64,000 nt of DNA from an uncultured Prochlorococcus sp. (lineage in GTDB: Bacteria; Cyanobacteriota; Cyanobacteriia; PCC-6307; Cyanobiaceae): assembly GCA_902574425.1 (NCBI GenBank), contig CACGNA010000002.1:2593-66592 (forward strand), read 5' to 3'. Positions 10,674 to 21,502 of the stretch are shown in pieces (position 1 is the first letter of the stretch; every line of letters begins with the position of its first letter). A program made the translations under genes and the position numbers. The notes below the pieces were generated by a model. It saw only the letters and a program-made list of their open reading frames with translations. It had not been told where the DNA came from and ran no database searches.

Positions 10674-10979
10674 ATGGAATTATTAGTTATTATCACAACT
10701 GAATCAAGTAACGCAAATGCTTTGCGAATGGCTAAATTACTAATACAAAATAAACTTGCAGCTTGTGTTTCGATAAAGCCAATTTTTTCAATTTATAAGT
10801 GGGATGATGATATTGAAGAAACTAAAGAGTTTGAAATCACAATAAAAAGTAAACTAGAATTTAAAGATTATTTAATTGAATTCTTAAATAAAAATTCCAC
10901 ATATGATGTCCCTCAAATTATTTACAAAAAATACCATGCTGAGATGAAATATTATGATTGGTTGAATAAGACTATTTGA
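10674..10979 (+). CDS. cutA: Divalent-cation tolerance protein CutA
   Basis: KLAACV, SIYKW, YDVPQI and Y.DWL motifs. Confidence 0.9.
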   Translation: MELLVIITTESSNANALRMAKLLIQNKLAACVSIKPIFSIYKWDDDIEETKEFEITIKSKLEFKDYLIEFLNKNSTYDVPQIIYKKYHAEMKYYDWLNKTI

Positions 10980-10985
10980 TTAAAT

Positions 10986-11990
10986 TTATTTTATTAACTC
11001 TTTAAGATCGATATCTGATCTAGATCCTAATTGCGTAATTATTTGTCCCGCACAAATTGAAGCTATCTCTCCGCATTTTTTGAGGGAACAATTGTTTATT
11101 AATCCATGGATAAATCCTCCCGCATAGATATCTCCCGCTCCTGTAGTATCAATAATCTTGCCTTTTGTTATTGACTCAATTATTTCAACATTATTTTTGT
11201 TAACTATGAGAGAACCATTGCTTCCAAGGGTTACTACGGCTAATTCACATAAGGAAGATAGGTCATCTTGGCAGCTTGCAAATTTATCATTTTTAAATAG
11301 ACTTAACACCTCGGATTCATTACAAAAAACAATATCTACATATTCATCAATTAATTCCAAAAAACTCTCACGATGTCTATCTACACAAAATGAATCGGAC
11401 AATGAAAGGATTATTTTTGTATTAGATTGTTTTGCAATTTGGGCGGCTTTAATAAAAGCTTTTTTAGCTAATTCGCTGTCCCATAAATAGCCTTCTAAAT
11501 ATAAGTATTTACTCTCCTTAATTATAGTAAAGTCAATGTCTTCTGGTTCAAACTCTATAGATGCTCCTAGGTAAGTGCACATAGTTCTTTGTGCATCAGG
11601 TGTAATCAAAATAATTGAATGAGCTGTGGAAGCACCTTCAATAGTTGGTGGAGTATTAAATATAGTTTTACTTTGTTTAATATCTTCAGAAAAGAAATTA
11701 CCAAATTGATCATTTTTCACCCTTCCAATAAACTGAACATGATTACCTAATTCTGCTAAACAAACAACGGTATTTGCTGAGGATCCCCCTGATATTTGTT
11801 TGATCACTTTGCAATTTTCTAACAATCTCTGAGATTCATCAGAATTAATTAGATTCATTGATCCTTTATCCAGATTATTTATCTTAAGAAACTCATCTTC
11901 AATATTTACAATAATATCTACTATTGCGTTGCCCAGACCAATGAGGTCAAATATTTTATTTTGATCAAAATGTCTAAAGGATTCACTCAT
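10986..11990 (-). CDS. PfkB-family carbohydrate kinase (adenosine kinase-like)
   Basis: GNAIVD, GGSSANT and DTTGAGD PfkB signatures. Confidence 0.9.
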   Translation of the reverse strand: MSESFRHFDQNKIFDLIGLGNAIVDIIVNIEDEFLKINNLDKGSMNLINSDESQRLLENCKVIKQISGGSSANTVVCLAELGNHVQFIGRVKNDQFGNFFSEDIKQSKTIFNTPPTIEGASTAHSIILITPDAQRTMCTYLGASIEFEPEDIDFTIIKESKYLYLEGYLWDSELAKKAFIKAAQIAKQSNTKIILSLSDSFCVDRHRESFLELIDEYVDIVFCNESEVLSLFKNDKFASCQDDLSSLCELAVVTLGSNGSLIVNKNNVEIIESITKGKIIDTTGAGDIYAGGFIHGLINNCSLKKCGEIASICAGQIITQLGSRSDIDLKELIK

Positions 11991-12006
11991 TAAATTTCTA
12001 TGAAAA

Positions 12007-13371
<1,365 letters not shown>

Positions 13372-13398
13372 TTACTTTTAAAAAGTAAATGAATTGTA

Positions 13399-13836
13399 TC
13401 AACTTTCTCTGAGAGCCATTTTTTCAGCAAGAGAAAATTCTTTGGTTAAACGCTCTTTAAGTTTATCCGGTAAAGGTCTACTTGCAAAGTTTTTGTAATG
13501 GCCTGCCATAGCATTTAATGCTGTTTGCATAGTGGTAAATGACTGAGTTTTGTTAACCATCCCTCTATTTCTATATCTTGAAATATAGTCAGTTATAAGG
13601 TTGAGAGCTTCACTTCTTACTTCATCTTTATTTGGAGAATCTTTTGGAGTATCAACAGCTGTTTGTAATGTTTTAACAACTGAAATTGTATCTTTTGTGT
13701 AGTCACCTGTCATTGAGGTTTTTGCAGCTATAGAAGGGGAATTAAATAATGTAAAAACAACAATCAAAGAAAGTGAAAAAGATATAACTTTGGTAAGATT
13801 TTTAAAAAATAATTCTGATGTCCATCTCAATAACAT
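13399..13836 (-). CDS. psb27: Photosystem II assembly protein Psb27
   Basis: Signal peptide, TGDY..DT, YISRYR, SFTTMQTALNAMAGHY, RPLP motifs. Confidence 0.92.
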   Translation of the reverse strand: MLLRWTSELFFKNLTKVISFSLSLIVVFTLFNSPSIAAKTSMTGDYTKDTISVVKTLQTAVDTPKDSPNKDEVRSEALNLITDYISRYRNRGMVNKTQSFTTMQTALNAMAGHYKNFASRPLPDKLKERLTKEFSLAEKMALRES

Positions 13837-13861
13837 AAGTCAGCTCCAAAATAATTTAACC

Positions 13862-15664
13862 TTAAGAATTTTTATTGTACATTATTTCTGATTCGGAAAT
13901 AAATTTTTCCAACAATTTATCCACACTAATTTTAAATTTAGTATTATTTGTTCTGCATATAAGTTCTACTTCGTTGTTAATAGAATCTCTACCAATAATT
14001 ATCTGAAAAGGAATACCAATTAATTCTGCATCTTTAAATTTCACACCTGCTCTATCGTCCCTATCATCAAGAAGGACGTCAATTTTATTAATTGTGAAAT
14101 TGTTATATATTTGCTCAGTAAGGTTTCTCTGAAATGTTTCTTTTAGGTTCGTTGGAATAATAATAACTTCGAAAGGAGAAATCTGGATTGGCCAACAAAT
14201 TCCCTTTTGATCATGATTCTGTTCTATTGCAGCTTGGGCTATTCTTGTTACTCCAATTCCATAACAACCCATCCATAAATTTTTTAACTGACCATCCTTA
14301 TCAGAAAACTTAGCATTTAATTTCTCGCTGTATTTTTGACCTAGTTGGAAAATATGTCCAATCTCTATACCTTTTTTTTCTTTAAGTACTTCATTATCAT
14401 CAATTTTTATTTTATCTCCTTTTTTAGCATTTCTGATATCCTCAATTAGATAATCTTTTGAAGCAAAAGAAAATTCCTGAAAAACTTTGTGAAAATTAAC
14501 TTTATTCCCACCACTAATAAACTTTGATAGACTACTTGCGGAATGATCAATTATTTTAGTCCATGTTTTATCCCAATTAGAACTCGCTTTAATAGTTTCA
14601 TTATCTAAGTCTGGCCCAATAAAACCTAAAGGAAAATTAACTAGGTTTTTTTCGATAATGTTTTTGTCTTCAATTTTCTGAAGATTAAGAAGGTTGGAAC
14701 TATGAAGTTTATTTATTAAGTTAAAAAGCTTTACTTCATTAATATGTTGATCCCCTCTTATGCATGCAAGAACTGGAACCTCCAATTTACCTTCGAACTT
14801 TGCAAGGAATACTACGACTTTAATAATCTGACTAGGGTCTAGATTATTATTTTTACAAACTTCGAGGATTGTTTTTTGTTGAGGTGTTTCTATCCACCCT
14901 GAAATATCATCTCCTAATGGAATAGGTTTAGATGGTATAGAAATAGCTTTTTCAATATTAGCAGCATAAGAACCGCTCTGAGTAAACAAGATGGAATCTT
15001 CCCCGGAATCTGCAGTGACCATATATTCTTTGGAGGAGGCACCGCCAATGGCCCCACTATCTGCTTCAACCCCTACTGTCTGGAGTCCACAAGATTTAAA
15101 AATATTTTCATAAGCATTGCCCACCTTTTCATAAAATGAAGCTAAATCTTTTCCTGAAGAATGGAAAGAATAACCATCTTTCATTATAAATTCTCTACTT
15201 CTCATTAATCCAAACCTTGGCCTTATTTCATCTCTGAATTTTGTCTGAATTTGATAAAAACATTGAGGTAATTGCTTATAGGAGTTAATGATCTCTGATG
15301 CAATACTAGTGATCACTTCTTCGTGGGTCGGAGCCAAACCAAATTCTTTACCTTGTCTATCTTTGAGATTAAACATTATCCCCTCCCCTGCAGTGTATCC
15401 TTCCCACCTTTCACTCTTTTTCCATAAATCTGCAGGATGAAGTTGGGGTAAGAGTAATTTAGTGCAACCAATACAATTAAGTTCTTTTTCTATTATTGCG
15501 GATATTTTTTCAATAACTCTAAGCATTATTGGCATGTATGCATAAATACCACTGTTAACTCTACGAATGTAACCAGCTTTTAAAAGTAATTGATGTGAAA
15601 TAATCTCAGCTTCAGAAGGTGTGTCACGAAGTGTCCCCAGAGGAAATGAGGTGGTCACGCGCAT
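13862..15664 (-). CDS. proS: Proline--tRNA ligase
   Basis: PTHEE, KFRDEIRPRFGLMRSREF, IEIGHIFQLG, MGCYGIG; editing and anticodon-binding domains. Confidence 0.97.
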   Translation of the reverse strand: MRVTTSFPLGTLRDTPSEAEIISHQLLLKAGYIRRVNSGIYAYMPIMLRVIEKISAIIEKELNCIGCTKLLLPQLHPADLWKKSERWEGYTAGEGIMFNLKDRQGKEFGLAPTHEEVITSIASEIINSYKQLPQCFYQIQTKFRDEIRPRFGLMRSREFIMKDGYSFHSSGKDLASFYEKVGNAYENIFKSCGLQTVGVEADSGAIGGASSKEYMVTADSGEDSILFTQSGSYAANIEKAISIPSKPIPLGDDISGWIETPQQKTILEVCKNNNLDPSQIIKVVVFLAKFEGKLEVPVLACIRGDQHINEVKLFNLINKLHSSNLLNLQKIEDKNIIEKNLVNFPLGFIGPDLDNETIKASSNWDKTWTKIIDHSASSLSKFISGGNKVNFHKVFQEFSFASKDYLIEDIRNAKKGDKIKIDDNEVLKEKKGIEIGHIFQLGQKYSEKLNAKFSDKDGQLKNLWMGCYGIGVTRIAQAAIEQNHDQKGICWPIQISPFEVIIIPTNLKETFQRNLTEQIYNNFTINKIDVLLDDRDDRAGVKFKDAELIGIPFQIIIGRDSINNEVELICRTNNTKFKISVDKLLEKFISESEIMYNKNS

Positions 15665-15781
15665 ACAAAAAAATCCTTAATAATAATTAATTTTATCAAT
15701 TAAGATGAAAAAAAAATTTAAAGTGTCTTGAGTCCCTCAACGCGGCTAGTCTAGAAATATTCTTTCTGCTAGCTTCTTCAG

Positions 15782-15814
15782 TAATGAAGTTTAAACTTTT
15801 AACAAAGTTCATTA
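15782..15814. repeat. Imperfect inverted repeat (11-bp arms) with embedded 12-bp palindrome; possible operator
   Basis: TAATGAAGTTT-N11-AAAGTTCATTA (1 mismatch); AAGTTTAAACTT palindrome at 15787-15798. Confidence 0.4.
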
Positions 15815-15838
15815 TTCCTAAAACATTTTCTTACAGTT

Positions 15839-16189
15839 ATGGAAAATATAGATTCCAATATCTCTAGCGAAGAGGAATTAGTAGGTATTGATGAAGTGCA
15901 AAAATTCCTAAATAGATCAAGAGCTTCTGTTTATAGGTATACAAATACTGATTTAAGAAATCTAAACCCTAGCTTTAATCCAAGAAAATTAAATCCCGAA
16001 TTTAGAACTGATCAAAAGGAACCTTTAAAATTTCATCCTAATGAAGTAGCAAGATTTGCAAAAGATATCTTAAGAATTAAAGAAGTTACTGTGGAGGTAT
16101 TTAATACACCTTCCTCAGCGGCTCAAAACATACTGGGACAAATATTAGACGAATTAAAATCTATTAGGTCGTTACTTAATAAAGAATAA
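15839..16189 (+). CDS. Conserved cyanobacterial HTH protein (AlpA/excisionase-like N-terminus)
   Basis: LVGIDEVQKFLNRSRASVYRY resembles an AlpA/Xis HTH; C-terminal coiled coil. Confidence 0.7.
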   Translation: MENIDSNISSEEELVGIDEVQKFLNRSRASVYRYTNTDLRNLNPSFNPRKLNPEFRTDQKEPLKFHPNEVARFAKDILRIKEVTVEVFNTPSSAAQNILGQILDELKSIRSLLNKE

Positions 16190-16286
16190 TTAAAAAGTTA
16201 CTAAGGAATATTTTGATTTATTGACATTTAGTAATGTAGGATAATGATGTTCAATTATCTCCTTAACCTTTGCCAATTAAGAGTTC

Positions 16287-16541
16287 TTGAGTTATACGAA
16301 ATCAAAGCACTTTAGAAAAAGTCAATTAAGCGAAGAATCTTCACTTATTTCTGCTAAAAGTGATTTCGAAAGGGATGATGATGACCCCTTAAGTATAAGG
16401 AGTTTATCAATAACATCTTTAGGTATTATTTTTGCCTTATTGACATTTTTATTACCTTCAATCAGCATTTTAATTGGAAGACCTTTATCTCAAGGGAAAG
16501 AGGTAATTTTTAATCACGATTTTAAAAAAGATGGATCTTAG
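16287..16541 (+). CDS. Hypothetical single-pass membrane protein
   Basis: 84-aa ORF with one hydrophobic segment; overlaps the next start by 11 nt; start uncertain. Confidence 0.55.
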   Translation: MSYTKSKHFRKSQLSEESSLISAKSDFERDDDDPLSIRSLSITSLGIIFALLTFLLPSISILIGRPLSQGKEVIFNHDFKKDGS

Positions 16542-17085
16542 TTCGATACCTCCATCTCCAATGAAGGGAATAGTAAATATAGTTGTTGAAATACCTGCAG
16601 GCAGTAGGAATAAATATGAATATTGTTCTGAAGCCGGAATAATGGCATTAGATAGAGTTTTGCATTCTTCAGTTAGGTATCCTTTTGATTATGGTTTTAT
16701 CCCGAATACCCTTGCTGATGATGGAGCCCCTCTTGATGCCATGGTGATAATGGATGAGCCTACTTTTGCTGGTTGTCTAATAAAAGCTAGACCTATTGGT
16801 GTTTTGGACATGCATGATTGTGGTGCCTATGACGGAAAACTTTTATGTGTGCCGATGGCTAATCCTAGACAGGCCAACATAGTAAGTATTAAGCAAATTG
16901 CTCCGAATCAGCTTGAGGATGTTGCTGAATTTTTTAGAACTAGTAAAGGACTTGATGGAAGAACAGTCCAAATTGAAGGTTGGAGGGATTTTGATGTAGT
17001 TGATAATTTATTGAAAAATTGCACACCCCTAAAAAAGAAAAACTTTAAAGTGCTTAAGAAATCAACTATTAGTAAAGTAAATTGA
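16531..17085 (+). CDS. ppa: Second family I inorganic pyrophosphatase homologue with altered catalytic motif
   Basis: EIPAGSRNKYE, LDRVL, YPFDYGFIPNT; DGAPLD instead of DGDPLD. Confidence 0.88.
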   Translation: MDLSSIPPSPMKGIVNIVVEIPAGSRNKYEYCSEAGIMALDRVLHSSVRYPFDYGFIPNTLADDGAPLDAMVIMDEPTFAGCLIKARPIGVLDMHDCGAYDGKLLCVPMANPRQANIVSIKQIAPNQLEDVAEFFRTSKGLDGRTVQIEGWRDFDVVDNLLKNCTPLKKKNFKVLKKSTISKVN

Positions 17086-17444
17086 AAAAAATAATCTTTT
17101 ATAGTTATTTAAAATGTTCTACTTGCCGAAAAGCGGCAAAGTGGCTTGATAAAGTAAATTACGAATATAAATTAATTGATATTGTAAAAGAACCTCCATT
17201 ATCTAAGTATTTAAATCTAGCTTTTGAACAGTACTCTGAAGATAAAAAAAAGATTTTTAATACTAGAGGCAAAGCTTTTAAAACTCTTAATCTTGATATT
17301 TATGGTTTATCAAGGGAAGAAATTATTCAACTTCTTTTAAGTGATGGCAAATTAATAAAAAGACCATTTTTGATTTACGAAGGAAAAAAAGTAATATTAG
17401 GTTTTAATGAAATTGAATATGCCAAACAATTTATAAAAGGTTAA
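17082..17444 (+). CDS. ArsC/Spx/MgsR-family protein
   Basis: CSTCRKA, FNTRG, LIKRP and GFNE motifs. Confidence 0.88.
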   Translation: MKKIIFYSYLKCSTCRKAAKWLDKVNYEYKLIDIVKEPPLSKYLNLAFEQYSEDKKKIFNTRGKAFKTLNLDIYGLSREEIIQLLLSDGKLIKRPFLIYEGKKVILGFNEIEYAKQFIKG

Positions 17445-17467
17445 AAAATCAAAACTTTATTAATTTT

Positions 17468-18124
17468 ATGCATGCTTCTATTAAAAGTTTTTTTAAAGAA
17501 TGGGGTCTACTAATTCTATTAACTTTTTTTGTTTCTTCTTGTAGATCATATTTAGCAGAACCTCGTTATATTCCATCCGGTTCTATGCTTCCAGAATTAC
17601 AAATAAACGATAGGTTAATTATTGAAAAATTCTCTTTGAGGAACTCTTTACCAAAAAGAGGAGATATTGTCGTTTTTAACTCACCTTACTCATTTGATGA
17701 AAAATTAATTTCATCAAGATCTAAGCCGCTTCCAAAAAAAAGATATTGTTTTTTTATGAGTTTCCCTCCAATGTCTTTTATTCCTGGTTTGAGGGATCAA
17801 GCTTGCGATGCGTATATTAAGAGAGTAGTCGCACTCCCTGGGGAAATTGTGAGTGTAAATAAGAAAGGTGAAGTGATAATAAATAATAAATTAATTCCTG
17901 AACCTTATGTCTCTTATAAGTGCTCATTATCCCTTTTATATAAATGTGGCGCATTTGAAAATATAAAAGTTCCCAAAGATCATTTTTTAGTTTTAGGAGA
18001 TAATAGGTCAAATAGTTGGGATGGAAGATATTGGCCTGGAAGTAAATTTCTTCACAAAAAGGAGATTATTGGGAGAGCTTATTTAAGATTCTGGCCACTT
18101 AGTCAAGTTGGCTTTTTTCAATAA
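17468..18124 (+). CDS. lepB: Signal peptidase I
   Basis: IPSGSM.P catalytic Ser, YIKRVV catalytic Lys, GDNRSNSWDGR. Confidence 0.93.
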   Translation: MHASIKSFFKEWGLLILLTFFVSSCRSYLAEPRYIPSGSMLPELQINDRLIIEKFSLRNSLPKRGDIVVFNSPYSFDEKLISSRSKPLPKKRYCFFMSFPPMSFIPGLRDQACDAYIKRVVALPGEIVSVNKKGEVIINNKLIPEPYVSYKCSLSLLYKCGAFENIKVPKDHFLVLGDNRSNSWDGRYWPGSKFLHKKEIIGRAYLRFWPLSQVGFFQ

Positions 18125-18181
18125 ATAATGACTTTTCTGATTCTGATTTTATGAAAATAATTTTTTAAAAATCGTTTTAAT

Positions 18182-19510
18182 TTAAAGTGCTCCAGACGCA
18201 GTTGAATCAATTATCCCTCCTAGATGTGTTGTGATGTTTAGAGCACTAATCACAGGAGGTTTACTGGGATCATTAAAAAGGTCAATTATAGTTATTCCTC
18301 CATTACCTTGTTTTATCATCCAAATATTTGAATAATTAATCCCAAGGATATTGCAAATGAGTGTCTTATTGACTGCATCATGCGCAACTAGAAGGCTTAG
18401 ATCATTATCTTTTTGAGATAAACAAATTTTGTCGAAAGCTTCTATTGACCTTTCTGATACATCTTTTATAGATTCGCCTTCAGGCATTATTACTTCTTGA
18501 GGATTGTCATGCCAAGTTTTTAGTAAAACAGGCCACTTTTCTCTAATTTCTTCCTCCAGTTTACCCTCCCATAATCCGTGATTAATTTCTAAAAGTGAAT
18601 CTATTTTTTCTATTTTTAAATCTTTGATATTTTGCAGAATTATTTGTGCGGTCTCGTATGGCCTATTCATTGAACTTGAAAATGCCTTATTGAAAGAAAT
18701 ATTTCTCAAATATTCAGAAGTTTTACTCGCTTGATATTTACCGTTTTCGTTTAAAGGAATATCAATTTGACCCTGGAATCTACCTTCTTTGTTCCAATTT
18801 GTTTCACCATGCCTTATTAGAAATATTCTTGAATCTCCAATTTGATTAGGAATATTTTTATTAAGATGAGATGTTTGATTTAAACATTCAAGTTGCGTCT
18901 TAAAAGAGTTATCTTTCCTTGAAATATTGAGAATTGAGAAAGAAGCATTTTCTAGTCTTATTTTTCTAAACCCTTGGTTAGGTTTGCCCAATAACAAAAG
19001 GATTAAACATCTTAGAATCGCATTATGTCCAACTATTAAAATATTTGCATCATCTTTGTCTAAATAAATTCTCATAATATCTTCTACAAAATTATTTGCT
19101 TGATCAAATAACTCTTGAATTGGTTTATAAGTTTTATCGTCATTTCTTTTTAAAATTAGATTTTCTGGATCATTTTTCCATATTGGATAAATTTCTGGAA
19201 ATTTGTTTTTTATTTCATCAATTTTCAGACCAGACCATTCACTAAGTTCTACCTCTAACAAATTATTATCAAAGATAATTTCTTGTTCTTTATTGAAGCT
19301 CTTTTTAATAGTTTTTGCAGTCTCTGCAGCTCTGACAAGAGGGGATGAATAGATTTTATCGAAGTTTATTTTTGATAATGCTTTTCCTGCTTTGAGTGCT
19401 TGTTCGTATCCTTTATCTGTTAATACTGAATCATCTGTCCTACCTTGAATTAATCCTTTTGCATTGAAACTACTTAGCCCATGTCTAACTAAAACTAATC
19501 TTATAGTCAT
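18182..19510 (-). CDS. Two-domain histidine phosphatase (phosphoglycerate mutase superfamily)
   Basis: Two RHG motifs (RHGLS, RHGET), SSPL.RA, VGH/VAH; substrate not determinable. Confidence 0.88.
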   Translation of the reverse strand: MTIRLVLVRHGLSSFNAKGLIQGRTDDSVLTDKGYEQALKAGKALSKINFDKIYSSPLVRAAETAKTIKKSFNKEQEIIFDNNLLEVELSEWSGLKIDEIKNKFPEIYPIWKNDPENLILKRNDDKTYKPIQELFDQANNFVEDIMRIYLDKDDANILIVGHNAILRCLILLLLGKPNQGFRKIRLENASFSILNISRKDNSFKTQLECLNQTSHLNKNIPNQIGDSRIFLIRHGETNWNKEGRFQGQIDIPLNENGKYQASKTSEYLRNISFNKAFSSSMNRPYETAQIILQNIKDLKIEKIDSLLEINHGLWEGKLEEEIREKWPVLLKTWHDNPQEVIMPEGESIKDVSERSIEAFDKICLSQKDNDLSLLVAHDAVNKTLICNILGINYSNIWMIKQGNGGITIIDLFNDPSKPPVISALNITTHLGGIIDSTASGAL

Positions 19511-19627
19511 TATATAAATTTGAAAATAATAATAATTTAATCATCTCACGGCGTGATAAAAATAGGTATGTCAATAATAAGAAATTTCAAAGATAACTAA
19601 CTATAATTTCTGACTTTATAATGAATT

Positions 19628-20989
19628 ATGATCTTTAAAAATATTTCTAAGACAAAACTTTCATTAGCTTTAATTTCTCTGGCCATAACTTTCTTGGTAT
19701 GGCAGCAAGGCTTAAGAGATAGTTTGAGTAGACCATCTGTTTCATTCGATATAAGTCAAAAAGAACAGGAAATTGCTGAATTAGCTGTTCAATCAATACC
19801 AACAAATCTTAAAAAATTTTTTATCACAAATGATCCTGTTGATCAAATAAATAAGGCACTCTCTCAGGTCTCATTTAATGAACTAACAGAAAGAAATAAA
19901 TTAATTTGGATAATTTCTTCAGAATCAAATGAATCTGTAATCGATAAAAATATATCCAAAGAGTTAGAAAATAAAAACTATAACTTACTAATCGATGAGA
20001 TAGAAAAAAGATCCAATAATAATTCATATAAACCAAATTCTGATAAATTTGATTTATTTAAAAGTGATAGATTTTTATATCACCTTTTAAGCCGGAAATT
20101 TGATTTTGATGATAGTTCATTAATAACAAAATCATTTTCAAGCAAAATGTTTTTAAAAATATTAGCCATCAGACTAATACCACTTTTAACAATACTTATT
20201 GGCTCTATTCTGGCTTTAAAAATATTATGGACTTCTATATCTTTGAAAAAGTTCGGTTGGCAAGAAATTAAATCCTTAGATTTAGAGTTAATAGATATGG
20301 TTTTATTAATTGCAGGTGGATTTGTTGTTTTAGGAGAAGTGGTATCACCTTTGTTTTCTATCAGTTTGGTTGAACTTTTTTCTAAAAATATGTCTAATGA
20401 ATTGTCTCAATCTTTAAAAATATTCTTTGGATATCTTTTTATGGCTATTCCTCCATTAGGGATAGTTTATTTCCAAATTAAATCTTTGAATGGCGAATTT
20501 ACTTTTAAAAAGGATTATTTACAGTTCAATTTCTTGCCAATAAAATATGCAGTTATTCAGGGAATTAAAGGTTGGTTAACAATTGTTCCTTTTGTTTTAT
20601 TGATTTCTCTAATTATGAATAGTCTGATCGACAATCAGAATGGTAGTAACCCTTTGCTGGAAATTGTTCTTAATAATAATAATTACTTATCATTTTTTCT
20701 ATTATTTGTAACAACAACTCTATTAGCTCCTCTATTTGAGGAGATTATATTTCGCGGTATTTTACTACCAACTCTTTCAAGAGATTTTGGAGTAATTTCG
20801 GGCATCATAGTTTCAGCTTTTATCTTTGCATTAGCCCATTTAAGTTTGGGAGAAATGCCTCCATTATTTGTTCTAGGAATAGGACTAGGAATCACAAGAA
20901 TTGCTTCAGGAAGCTTGCTTTCTTCTGTGATTATGCATTCTTTATGGAATGGGTTGACTTTCTTGAATTTGTTCTTATTGAGGACATAA
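19628..20989 (+). CDS. CPBP (Abi/CAAX) family intramembrane metalloprotease
   Basis: EEIIFRG, FALAH, H..WN motifs; multiple TM helices. Confidence 0.9.
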   Translation: MIFKNISKTKLSLALISLAITFLVWQQGLRDSLSRPSVSFDISQKEQEIAELAVQSIPTNLKKFFITNDPVDQINKALSQVSFNELTERNKLIWIISSESNESVIDKNISKELENKNYNLLIDEIEKRSNNNSYKPNSDKFDLFKSDRFLYHLLSRKFDFDDSSLITKSFSSKMFLKILAIRLIPLLTILIGSILALKILWTSISLKKFGWQEIKSLDLELIDMVLLIAGGFVVLGEVVSPLFSISLVELFSKNMSNELSQSLKIFFGYLFMAIPPLGIVYFQIKSLNGEFTFKKDYLQFNFLPIKYAVIQGIKGWLTIVPFVLLISLIMNSLIDNQNGSNPLLEIVLNNNNYLSFFLLFVTTTLLAPLFEEIIFRGILLPTLSRDFGVISGIIVSAFIFALAHLSLGEMPPLFVLGIGLGITRIASGSLLSSVIMHSLWNGLTFLNLFLLRT

Positions 20990-21073
20990 AGAATTAAATT
21001 TTTTACTTGCGAATCAAACAAAAAGATGTTTATTTAATTAGTAACACTTCTTTTATTTAAAAATAAATCATAG

Positions 21074-21502
21074 ATGAAACCTTATGGGAATCAACTTAAT
21101 TTTAAAAAAAAAGTTTCATATGACAGTAAAAAAAATTCTGAAAAAATATCAATAATTAATATAAAATTAATACATAAAATTTTCGACACCATTAATATCT
21201 CTCTTTTGGTATTAATTTTCACCTTATTTTTCTTATCTTTTAATAGTCAAAGAGAATGGTCAAATACTTATAAAAACTTATCTAAAACAAGAGCTATCAA
21301 TAATAATCTAATTGATTATATTTCTAAAATAGAGGAATTTTATATTAGTGAACTTGAGTCTCTCAATATTTATAGAAAAACTAAACCTGAAGATTTAATC
21401 TATCTTGATAAACTTCCAGAAAAAAAGGAAAGTTTATTTAAGAAAAATTTAAGTATTTTCATTGAAGGTTTTAGTGATAGCAAATATAAAAGAGGATATT
21501 GA
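21074..21502 (+). CDS. Hypothetical bitopic membrane protein (FtsL-like position and topology)
   Basis: One TM helix then coiled coil; stop overlaps the PBP start (TGATG). Confidence 0.6.
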   Translation: MKPYGNQLNFKKKVSYDSKKNSEKISIINIKLIHKIFDTINISLLVLIFTLFFLSFNSQREWSNTYKNLSKTRAINNNLIDYISKIEEFYISELESLNIYRKTKPEDLIYLDKLPEKKESLFKKNLSIFIEGFSDSKYKRGY

